A stretch of 36,182 nucleotides of DNA, taken from sequence record SRR20825006_1582; one strand, given 5' to 3'. Position 1 is the stretch's first letter. The number at the start of each line of letters is the position of its first letter. This document shows positions 28,447 to 36,182 of the stretch, in pieces. A program made the translations under genes and the position numbers. The notes beneath the pieces are model-generated. The model was not told where the DNA came from. It did no database searches and saw nothing but the letters and a program-made list of their open reading frames with translations.

Positions 28447-29688
28447 ATGTCGTCTGCCATTTCTCCGCTCGCGCCCAAATCATTTACCCCCATGCCGGCC
28501 ATAGACGGCGTTCGCCTTGCAACAGCTGCTGCTGGCATCAAATACAAGGGCCGCACAGACGTCATGATGATGATCTTTGACGGCGATGCCAATGTTGCCG
28601 GGCTTTTCACAAAATCCAAATGCCCCTCTGCACCGGTCGATTTCTGCCGTGCCAACCTTGATAACGGAAGCGCGCGCGTTCTGATCTGCAATTCCGGCAA
28701 TGCAAATGCTTTCACCGGCAAGAAGGGCGCCGAAGCAACCGCTATGACCGCGCGCAGTGCCGCCAAAGCGGCAGGATGTGATACCGGCGATGTCTTTCTG
28801 GCCTCCACCGGCGTGATCGGAGAGCCACTCGATGCCTCGAAATTCGACGGTGTGCTGGCCGGTATGGCGCGTGATGCACGCCCCGATGCGTGGCTTGCCG
28901 CAGCCAAGGCAATCATGACGACCGACACCTATCCAAAGGTTGCCACCCGTGGTGCAACCATCGACGGCGTATCCGTGACCCTGAATGGCATGGCCAAGGG
29001 GGCGGGCATGATTGCGCCGGATATGGCAACCATGCTGTCGTTCATTGCCACGGATGCCGCTATTTCCGCGCAGGCTCTTCAGGATATTCTGTCAGAAGGT
29101 GTCGGCGGCAGCTTCAACGCCATTACCGTCGACAGCGACACCTCAACATCCGATACCGTACTCGCCTTTGCCACCGGCAAGGCCGCGAATTTCGGCCAGG
29201 AGCCTGTTACCGCCGCCAGCGATCCGCGTCTCGATGATTTCAAGGCGGCTCTTCACGCGCTGATGACCGATCTGGCACTTCAGATCGTTCGCGACGGCGA
29301 AGGCGCACGCAAAATGGTAAGGGTCCATGTGACCGGTGCTGAAAACGATCGTGCAGCAGACCGGATTGCCCGTTCGATCGCCAATTCTCCGCTGGTCAAA
29401 ACCGCCGTAGCCGGTGAAGATGCCAATTGGGGACGTGTCGTCATGGCCGTCGGCAAGGCCGGCGAAAAGGCAGACCGTGACCGGCTGGCGATCTGGTTCG
29501 GCGATATCCGTGTCGCCGTCAACGGTGAACGTGATCCGGATTACTCCGAGGAACATGCTTCGATCGTGATGCGGGAAGATGAAATCACCATCCGTGCCGA
29601 TATCGGGCTCGGTGACGGGCAGGCAACGATCTACACCTGTGATCTGACGAAGGAATATGTTGCAATCAACGGCGATTACCGCAGTTGA
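28447..29688 (+). CDS. argJ: Bifunctional ornithine acetyltransferase / N-acetylglutamate synthase
   Basis: [36 protein letters not shown] autocleavage site, RDGEG, INGDYRS. Confidence 0.97.
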   Translation: MSSAISPLAPKSFTPMPAIDGVRLATAAAGIKYKGRTDVMMMIFDGDANVAGLFTKSKCPSAPVDFCRANLDNGSARVLICNSGNANAFTGKKGAEATAMTARSAAKAAGCDTGDVFLASTGVIGEPLDASKFDGVLAGMARDARPDAWLAAAKAIMTTDTYPKVATRGATIDGVSVTLNGMAKGAGMIAPDMATMLSFIATDAAISAQALQDILSEGVGGSFNAITVDSDTSTSDTVLAFATGKAANFGQEPVTAASDPRLDDFKAALHALMTDLALQIVRDGEGARKMVRVHVTGAENDRAADRIARSIANSPLVKTAVAGEDANWGRVVMAVGKAGEKADRDRLAIWFGDIRVAVNGERDPDYSEEHASIVMREDEITIRADIGLGDGQATIYTCDLTKEYVAINGDYRS

Positions 29689-29822
29689 TGCGCGGGCTGG
29701 CGGCATTTTCGCGTTGCCACTTGGCCACACCTTGCAAAACAAGGTGTTAGAACGTGTTTACAGCACCAGACCCGCCACTATAGTTCCCGTCAAACAAGGG
29801 TCACGACGGAATCGGAAACACT

Positions 29823-30587
29823 GTGAGCACAGATCTACCACTTGTGCGCCGGCTGGAAGCCATGGCGTTGCGCGCATGGCCTGCCCGGGACGTTCACTAT
29901 GACGGTGCATGGCAGTTGCGCCTCACAGCCGGACATCCATCAAAACGCCTCAACAGCATCACCGTGCTGGACCGTTCGGACATTTCGGATATCGAAATCC
30001 GATTCGAGAAAGCCGCCCGCCGCTACGCTGCATTCGGGAGGCCGGTAACGCTGCGCGAAACGCCACTGACACCGCCGGCGCTTATGGAGTTTCTCAGAGC
30101 GAACGAGGCGACGGCGTTTGATGAAACCATCGTCATGACACTGAACCTGGCAAGCTTTGAACCACACAACGCAATTGAACGCCTGCCGAGCCAGGATGTC
30201 GGCCGGTTCGTGGAGGTTTCTCTGGCATTAAACCCCAGCGAGGGTCTGACCAAGGCCGGGCTGGCTGAGGTGGTGACAGCCATCAAACCGGTCCACGGTT
30301 TCTTTATCAGCCAGACGGACGACGACGTTCCGCTGGCAGCCGGGCTTTGTGTGCATGATTTTGATATGGCAGGCATAGAAGCGCTGGCTGTTGCCGCCAA
30401 TGTGCGGCGTGCAGGCCATGGCCGCAGCCTCACCGGCAGTATGTTGCGATGGGCAAAGACAAGAGGTGCCGGAACCGCATGGTTGCAGGTTGTCGCCGAG
30501 AACGAAGCGGCCCTTCGTCTATATGAGGACTTCGGTTTTACGGAGGCCTACCGTTATCGCTATTGGCGACAGAAGGTCAGAACATGA
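29823..30587 (+). CDS. GNAT N-acetyltransferase
   Basis: RAWPA, SKRLNS, RRAGHGR, WLQV..ENEAALRLY..FGF..AYRYRY; GTG start. Confidence 0.85.
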   Translation: MSTDLPLVRRLEAMALRAWPARDVHYDGAWQLRLTAGHPSKRLNSITVLDRSDISDIEIRFEKAARRYAAFGRPVTLRETPLTPPALMEFLRANEATAFDETIVMTLNLASFEPHNAIERLPSQDVGRFVEVSLALNPSEGLTKAGLAEVVTAIKPVHGFFISQTDDDVPLAAGLCVHDFDMAGIEALAVAANVRRAGHGRSLTGSMLRWAKTRGAGTAWLQVVAENEAALRLYEDFGFTEAYRYRYWRQKVRT

Positions 30588-30997
30588 CAGACAAGAATTT
30601 CAAAATCCTGCTGGTCGCAGCCTGTGCGCTGATTGACAGCGATGGCCGCATTCTTCTGGCACAGCGCCCGGAAGGTAAGGCGCTCGCCGGCCTTTGGGAG
30701 TTTCCTGGCGGCAAGGTGGAAGCCGGAGAAACACCGGAAGCCTGCCTGATCCGCGAACTGGACGAAGAACTCGGCGTGACCACCAAAGCAGCCTGCCTTG
30801 CTCCGCTCACCTTTGCCAGCCACACTTATGATGATTTTCACCTGCTGATGCCACTTTATGTCTGCCGCCGGTTTGAGGGTATACCGCAAGGCCGTGAAGG
30901 ACAGGCGATCAAATGGACCTATGCCCGTAATCTGCGCGACTTTCCCATGCCACCGGCAGACGAACCGCTGATCCCGATCCTTCAGGATCTGCTGTGA
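30584..30997 (+). CDS. mutT: 8-oxo-dGTP diphosphatase
   Basis: Nudix box WEFPGGKVEAGETPEACLIRELDEELG; ATG 30584 overlaps the upstream TGA. Confidence 0.9.
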   Translation: MTDKNFKILLVAACALIDSDGRILLAQRPEGKALAGLWEFPGGKVEAGETPEACLIRELDEELGVTTKAACLAPLTFASHTYDDFHLLMPLYVCRRFEGIPQGREGQAIKWTYARNLRDFPMPPADEPLIPILQDLL

Positions 30998-31021
30998 TAG
31001 CAATCCGGCTGCCTTTCGGTT

Positions 31022-31906
31022 TTATCGCTTCAGCTTGATCTCTTCTGTATTCAGCGCATCTGCAAGCCGGGTTTTGGCTGCCCCCGGCCTTAATGGTTTT
31101 TGCTGGCTTTCATGGGGTGCCCAGCCCGAAACATAGATCATGGAAAACGTTGCGCGAATACGTCCGTCCGGATCGGAGAAGCGCTCGGCATAAAGTTCGG
31201 CAGCGCGCAAAAAGAAGGTGCGGCTGACCGGCCTGTTCGGCCGCCCCAACAACGGGTTTGCCATGCCCATGGCCTTCAGATCCGCCATCAAACCAAACAG
31301 CGTATCATAGCGCACCGTGTAGCTTTCCTGATCGACCACCGGCAGCGCGAAGCCGGCGCGCTGCAACAGCCCGCCAACATCACGCACATCGGCAAACGGA
31401 ATGACGCGCGGACTGGCTCCACCATAAATCTCGGTTTCGGCAGTCAGCAGACATTCGCGCAATTCTGTCAACGTGCCGGAGCCCGGGATCGCGGCCAGAA
31501 ACAGGCCATCCGGCTTCAATGCCCGGCGAACCTGAATGAAAAAACCGGGCGTATCATTGGTCAGATGCAACGACAGCGGCGAAATGACAAGATTGAGAGA
31601 CTGATCCTCAAGACCGGGAAACTCCAGCGGCGCAACACGCAGATCTTCACCAGGTTCTGCGAAATCCGAAGCTGTCTCAACCCTGAAAATCCGACCGACC
31701 TTGCCGGAGGCCATGGCTGCGCGCGCACTGGAACCGGTCATGCCATAAAGCTCGGCAGCGTCTTCAAAGTGGCGTTCTACAACGGCCAGCCGGTCGGCTA
31801 TTTCCTCAGCGGCAATCTCAAGCAGAAAATCCGCCCCCGGTTTGGCTGCCCTGATCGCTTTCAGGCGATTGGCTTCGGCCAGATCAACGTCAAAAATAGG
31901 CTCCAC
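31022..31906 (-). CDS. SAM-dependent methyltransferase (NDUFAF5/BioC-like)
   Basis: LSLHLTNDTPG, LKPDGLFL, TLTELR, LLQRAGFALPVVD, GWAPHESQQKPL. Confidence 0.85.
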   Translation of the reverse strand: MEPIFDVDLAEANRLKAIRAAKPGADFLLEIAAEEIADRLAVVERHFEDAAELYGMTGSSARAAMASGKVGRIFRVETASDFAEPGEDLRVAPLEFPGLEDQSLNLVISPLSLHLTNDTPGFFIQVRRALKPDGLFLAAIPGSGTLTELRECLLTAETEIYGGASPRVIPFADVRDVGGLLQRAGFALPVVDQESYTVRYDTLFGLMADLKAMGMANPLLGRPNRPVSRTFFLRAAELYAERFSDPDGRIRATFSMIYVSGWAPHESQQKPLRPGAAKTRLADALNTEEIKLKR

Positions 31907-31987
31907 GCGCTTACAGCCCTTTCTGTTTCTTTGCTGTTTGCCAATTGACGCTCGAAATGCACCCTCGAACGCGATACTGTCAAGGAT

Positions 31988-32773
31988 ATGGGAGAGACCG
32001 GTTCAATGACACAACGCAAGCTTTTCGACCGCACACGGTCGGCAACGGCATGGCTTGCGACCTCTTTCGGGGATATCATTTTCCCACCGGTCTGCGCAGC
32101 CTGCGGCCGCAAGACCGGCGGGCACGCAGCTCTTTGCGTTTCCTGCTGGAGTGGCATCCGTTTTATCGAGCAGCCGTACTGCTCCGTACTTGGCACGCCG
32201 TTTTCTCACGATCTCGGCCCCGGAATTATCAGCGCCGCCGCAATAGCCAACCCACCGGAGTTTGACCGTCTGCGTGCAGCGGCGTTTTATTCCGGCTCGG
32301 TTCGAAATCTGGTTCAGGCCCTGAAATATCGCGACAAGACCCATCTTGCCGTGATGATGGCACGCTGGATGCTGCGCGCCGAGGATGGCATGATTCAGGA
32401 TTGCGACGGGATTATCGCCATCCCCCTGCACCGGAACCGGAGAGTTCAGCGACGCTTCAACCAGTCTGCAGAACTGGGGCGGGCTCTGGCAAAACTAACC
32501 GGGAAACCCTTCCTGCCGGGCCTTCTGCTGCGTACACACGCAACGAAGCAACAGGTGGGGCTGACACGCAATGCACGTGAAGACAATGTGCGGGGCGCTT
32601 TCTCGATTCAGAAGAGACACCAGGACAGGATCTTTGGCAGGAAAATCGTCCTGATTGATGATGTCTACACAACGGGCGCCACCGTTTCGGCGGCAGCAAA
32701 AGTCCTTAAGCGTGCCGGTGCTTCTGAAGTCAGCGTTTTAACCTTTGCACGCGCCCTCGACGAAACTATATGA
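31988..32773 (+). CDS. comF: ComF family phosphoribosyltransferase-like protein with N-terminal zinc ribbon
   Basis: CAAC...CVSC, IPLH..R..QRRFNQS, LIDDVYTTGAT. Confidence 0.88.
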   Translation: MGETGSMTQRKLFDRTRSATAWLATSFGDIIFPPVCAACGRKTGGHAALCVSCWSGIRFIEQPYCSVLGTPFSHDLGPGIISAAAIANPPEFDRLRAAAFYSGSVRNLVQALKYRDKTHLAVMMARWMLRAEDGMIQDCDGIIAIPLHRNRRVQRRFNQSAELGRALAKLTGKPFLPGLLLRTHATKQQVGLTRNAREDNVRGAFSIQKRHQDRIFGRKIVLIDDVYTTGATVSAAAKVLKRAGASEVSVLTFARALDETI

Positions 32774-32820
32774 ATTTCAGAACGTCCTTAAAGACAGACC
32801 ACCAGGGAGATAAACCAGGC

Positions 32821-33090
32821 ATGGCCAACGTCGATATCTATACGCGTGAGTTTTGCGGTTTTTGTGCACGCGCCAAAAAGCTGCTCGCTGACAAAGGCGT
32901 GAACTATCGCGAGTTCAACGCCACTGAAACACCGGATGTGCGCGCCGAAATGATCCAACGTGCCAATGGTGCGTCCACGTTTCCACAGATCTTCATCGAC
33001 GGCACGCATGTCGGCGGCTGCGACGAGCTTTACGCTCTTGAGCGTGCCGGAAAACTGGACCCGATGCTTTCCGGGCAGGCTCCGTCATGA
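32821..33090 (+). CDS. grxC: Glutaredoxin 3
   Basis: CGFC active site, TFPQIFI..HVGGCD; GGAG SD before ATG 32821. Confidence 0.93.
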   Translation: MANVDIYTREFCGFCARAKKLLADKGVNYREFNATETPDVRAEMIQRANGASTFPQIFIDGTHVGGCDELYALERAGKLDPMLSGQAPS

Positions 33091-33950
33091 CTGTAACAAA
33101 GGTCGCGGCCATACAGATGCTTTCAGGCGTTTCGCCAAAGCAGAATGCAGACGCGCTTGGTGATCTGGTCCACGAAGCCGCGACGCGCGGCGCCCGGTAT
33201 GTACAGACCCCTGAAATGACCGGGGCCGTTCAAAAAGACCGCGCCGGGCTGAAAGCGACACTGAAGCCCGAAGATGATGACCTGATTGTCAAAATGGCCT
33301 CCAGGCTGGCCAAAGATCTGGACATTTATCTGCATATCGGGTCCACGGCAATCGCAGTTGAAGACGACATGATCGCCAATCGCGCCTTCCTGTTTGCACC
33401 CGATGGCAGTATTGCCGCGCGATATGACAAGATTCATATGTTCGATGTTGATCTCGACAACGGCGAGAGCTGGCGAGAGAGCGCCGTTTACCGGCCCGGA
33501 GAGAAGGCGGTTCTGGCGCGCCTGCCCTTTGCAGCGCTTGGGCTTGGGATATGCTATGATGTTCGTTTCCCCGATCTTTTCCGCCAGCAGGCTCTTGCAG
33601 GCGCGGAAGTTCTGACAGCACCGGCAGCCTTTACCAGACAGACCGGCGAAGCCCACTGGCATGTTTTGCAGCGCGCCCGCGCCATTGAAAATGGTGCCTA
33701 CATGATTTCCGCAGCACAGGGCGGCACCCATGAAGATGGCCGCGAAACCTATGGCCACTCCATCATCATCGACCCCTGGGGGCAGGTTCTGGCCGAGGCA
33801 GGCGACGAAGGCCCCGCCGTGGTGCTGGCCGATATTGATACCGATGCGGTCAAAGCTGCACGCGGCAAGGTACCGAACCTGAAGAATATCCGGCCTTTCA
33901 GTTTTGAAAAGGTGACAACGCACGGACCCGCCGGAGATGATGGGCAATGA
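33087..33950 (+). CDS. Carbon-nitrogen hydrolase (Nit1-like, probable deaminated-glutathione amidase)
   Basis: Glu-Lys-Cys triad: TPE, YDKIHMFDV, ICYDVRFP; RARAIEN, TYGHS..IDPWG. Confidence 0.88.
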   Translation: MTVTKVAAIQMLSGVSPKQNADALGDLVHEAATRGARYVQTPEMTGAVQKDRAGLKATLKPEDDDLIVKMASRLAKDLDIYLHIGSTAIAVEDDMIANRAFLFAPDGSIAARYDKIHMFDVDLDNGESWRESAVYRPGEKAVLARLPFAALGLGICYDVRFPDLFRQQALAGAEVLTAPAAFTRQTGEAHWHVLQRARAIENGAYMISAAQGGTHEDGRETYGHSIIIDPWGQVLAEAGDEGPAVVLADIDTDAVKAARGKVPNLKNIRPFSFEKVTTHGPAGDDGQ

Positions 33951-34375
33951 TCCATTATGCGCTTTTTTGTGATAACGGCCATGAGTTCGATGGCTGGTTC
34001 GGCGGAAGTGAGGATTTCGAGCGTCAGCTTGAAAGTGGCTTCCTTACGTGCCCTGTCTGCAATTCAGCCCAGGTTTCCAAAGGACTGATGGCTCCATCGG
34101 TTTCAACGGCGCGCAAGCGGGATGAGCGAAAGGCGCTGATAATGGATTCTGCGCAGAAAGCGGCGATTGACAAACTGAAGACTGCCGTCGCCGAGATTCG
34201 CGCAAACGCCGATGACGTCGGCGAACGTTTTCCCGAAGAAGCCCGCAAAATTCATTACGGAGAGGCCAAAGAGCGCGGCATCATAGGTGCAGCAAAGCCG
34301 GATGAGGTGCGCGATCTCCTTGAGGAAGGCATCGAGATCATGCCTTTGCCGGTTTTGCCCGACGACAAGAACTGA
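33947..34375 (+). CDS. DUF1178 family protein
   Basis: MI.Y.L.C..GHEFDGWF, CPVC, F.EEARKIHYGE; ATGA coupling to the upstream gene. Confidence 0.88.
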   Translation: MIHYALFCDNGHEFDGWFGGSEDFERQLESGFLTCPVCNSAQVSKGLMAPSVSTARKRDERKALIMDSAQKAAIDKLKTAVAEIRANADDVGERFPEEARKIHYGEAKERGIIGAAKPDEVRDLLEEGIEIMPLPVLPDDKN

Positions 34376-34479
34376 CCCGGCGTTCACAAGCCGCGTCTGC
34401 CCGAAACCGAAGTAACAACGGCTCCTTGAATGTGGCAGAACCAAGGGATTATACTCGATGTAGGCTTATGCCCGTTCCT

Positions 34480-34760
34480 TTAAAAACGAACATAAACCAA
34501 TAATAAAAAACGTAAAAATCTGCTATCGCTTATATTAAATTTATTCTCTTAATACTTAATCAAATTCACTGACAAAAAAGGCAAAAACAACACAATTAAA
34601 AACCCTAATTACTTAGAATTACTGGATATCTCTATCAGATATTAATAAATATTATCGCAATATATAGATAATCTATGTTGAAATATAATGTACCATCAAT
34701 GCAACATGCGGCCAAAATTGGTTGCATAACACGCATTTATGGCTCTTTATAATTGTGCCG
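34480..34760. other. Very AT-rich non-coding region upstream of the porin
   Basis: Hand count gives 41 G+C in 180 nt (about 23%) over 34501-34680, far below the flanking genes. Confidence 0.85.
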
Positions 34761-34887
34761 AAGCTTTGACACGATATAGTTGCTCGCGAGGCGCGTATGG
34801 CAAAATTAAGCCATGCAGCAAAAATTGAAGACATCTGCCAAATTTGTTTTCAGATGACGTGACGGTCCAACCGGAGGATTGATTTTA

Positions 34888-35946
34888 ATGAATTCCAGGT
34901 ACTTGTTTGCTGGCTGTGTAACGGCAGCCATGATCGCAGCCAACGGAGCCATCGCCGCAGATCCGTTTGTGATAGAGTCGGCCACCAGGAACAATGTCGA
35001 AGTTTGTGACACATTCGGTGCTGGGTTTTTCTACATACCGGGGACAGAAACGTGCCTTTCAATCGGTGGATATGTCCGTTTTGAAACACAGTTCGGCGGC
35101 ATCCAGACCGGCTCGTCTGTTGACGGCGACTGGTCGCCGTACACCAAAGCCAATCTCTCCATTGTTGCAAAAACCGACACCGAGCTCGGAACGCTGACCT
35201 CAAACATGACGCCGGAACTCTATTTCTATTCAAATGGTACAGGTGACGATTTCAAATTCGACGAGGCTTATATCGACATCGGTGGTGCGCTTGCGCTGCG
35301 CGCAGGTTATGTCAAAGGTTACTGGAACGAGGACCTCTGGGGCGAACTGGACAATATTGATAATGTCAGCCGCTTCAACTCCGCGCGCCTGACCTATTAC
35401 AGCGCCAACAGCATTCAAGTCGCCCTATCGCTTGATACGATCTCGCCCGACGATAGTGACAACGCTTCAATGAACAAGCTCGGCCTGTCCGCACGTCTTG
35501 GTTATGTCATTGACGATAGCCACTATCTGAAGCTTGATGCTGCCTACGACACGAACACCGAAGCGTATGCTCTGCGCCCTTGGGCCGGTTTCGGTATCTT
35601 CGGCGGAACGTTCGAAATCGCCGGCCTTTATGCCAGCGATGAAATTGCATACGTTCCGAATTTCACAGCATCCAACTGGGATGACTCGCCAATTGCCGGC
35701 ACTTATCTGCAATATGCTGTCGCAGCTGACTACTATTTCAACATGACCGAGAAACTCGTTCTTGCTCCTCAGGCACAGTATAATGTCGCCAGCAACGACA
35801 AGGCATTCTGGGAGGCCGGTTTTACCGCCGACTGGGAAATGGTCGATGACCTTCACCTGAGGACCAACCTCAACTACGCCTTTCTTGACGACGACTGGAA
35901 TCAGCAGAACGTCTTTGGCTGGTTCCGTCTTGAAAGGGATTTCTGA
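34888..35946 (+). CDS. Alphaproteobacterial outer-membrane porin (Omp2b/RopA-like, Porin_2 family)
   Basis: Signal peptide, VEVCDTFGAGFFYIPGTETCL.IGGYVR signature, C-terminal RLERDF ending in Phe; GGAGG SD before ATG 34888. Confidence 0.9.
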   Translation: MNSRYLFAGCVTAAMIAANGAIAADPFVIESATRNNVEVCDTFGAGFFYIPGTETCLSIGGYVRFETQFGGIQTGSSVDGDWSPYTKANLSIVAKTDTELGTLTSNMTPELYFYSNGTGDDFKFDEAYIDIGGALALRAGYVKGYWNEDLWGELDNIDNVSRFNSARLTYYSANSIQVALSLDTISPDDSDNASMNKLGLSARLGYVIDDSHYLKLDAAYDTNTEAYALRPWAGFGIFGGTFEIAGLYASDEIAYVPNFTASNWDDSPIAGTYLQYAVAADYYFNMTEKLVLAPQAQYNVASNDKAFWEAGFTADWEMVDDLHLRTNLNYAFLDDDWNQQNVFGWFRLERDF

Positions 35947-36016
35947 GCCTCAAACGACCGCGCCCGGCACCATAAACGCTGCCGGGTGGCATCTTCATCC
36001 ATGTGAATTACATCTG

Positions 36017-36058
36017 AAAAAGCCCTTCGCACCAGTCAATGGCGCGAAGGGCTTTTTT
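36017..36058. terminator. Intrinsic (bidirectional-type) terminator after the porin
   Basis: AAAAAGCCCTTCGC-loop-GCGAAGGGCTTTTTT. Confidence 0.85.
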
Positions 36059-36109
36059 AAATTCCACAACAAAAGGCGGATATCATTTTGTTGGTCGCGA
36101 TGCTGTTTC

Positions 36110-36182
36110 AGAGCGCCGGGCATCCATTCGGGCGCACGGCACTCTCACCCACTGAATCTACGCATCGTGCTTTCCGAAAATC
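36110..36182. repeat. Rhizobial intergenic palindromic mosaic repeat (RIME-like), truncated by the window end
   Basis: Imperfect palindrome AGAGCGCCGGGCATCC-ATTC-GGGCGCACGGCACTCT followed by TGAATCTACGCATCGTGCTTTCCGAAAATC; resembles Sinorhizobium-type repeats as I recall them. Confidence 0.6.

Noticed and set aside
34473-34500. Possible LexA box (GTTC and GAAC words)
   Set aside because: The words are inverted with a 10-nt spacer, not the alphaproteobacterial direct GTTC-N7-GTTC
34530-34625. CtrA or Irr boxes in the AT-rich region
   Set aside because: TTAA words lack N7 spacing and TTAGAA has no matching TTCTAA half-site
1-36182. CRISPR arrays, tRNA/rRNA, transposases, integrases, phage or defence genes
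   Set aside because: No regularly spaced repeats, RNA gene signatures or such protein motifs were seen

Overview
Core-chromosome window of a GC-rich alphaproteobacterium (order Hyphomicrobiales/Rhizobiales, inferred from gene content, gene order and a rhizobial-type intergenic repeat). It has about 30 protein genes and no rRNA, tRNA, CRISPR array, IS or prophage. Left to right: DUF1285-Nudix-cca (minus strand); a divergent MoxR/DUF58/BatA-DUF4159/GATase-like envelope operon (cmdABCD-like); a YhbS-like GNAT; yqjG; a metallophosphoesterase; a CecR-like TetR; an orphan anti-sigma-like membrane protein; leuA; benE; clpP; a CDF exporter; trpE(G) with trpL attenuator; a GH13 glucosidase; secA; two tandem parvulin PPIases; argJ-GNAT-mutT; a methyltransferase; comF-grxC-nitrilase-DUF1178; a very AT-rich spacer; and an alphaproteobacterial porin. 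The most interesting signals are small and mostly missing from the ORF track. (1) A candidate new leader-peptide switch (MRTLRRR*, with CGA-CGA codons able to pair next to the downstream start region) precedes the GNAT. (2) The leuA leader has two overlapping Leu-rich uORFs and a pseudoknot. (3) In the PPIase duplication, one copy has lost a conserved active-site His and the other is more acidic. (4) The anti-sigma-like protein lacks both its sigma-binding domain and a neighbouring sigma factor. Family assignments come from motif recognition by eye; no database searches were run.
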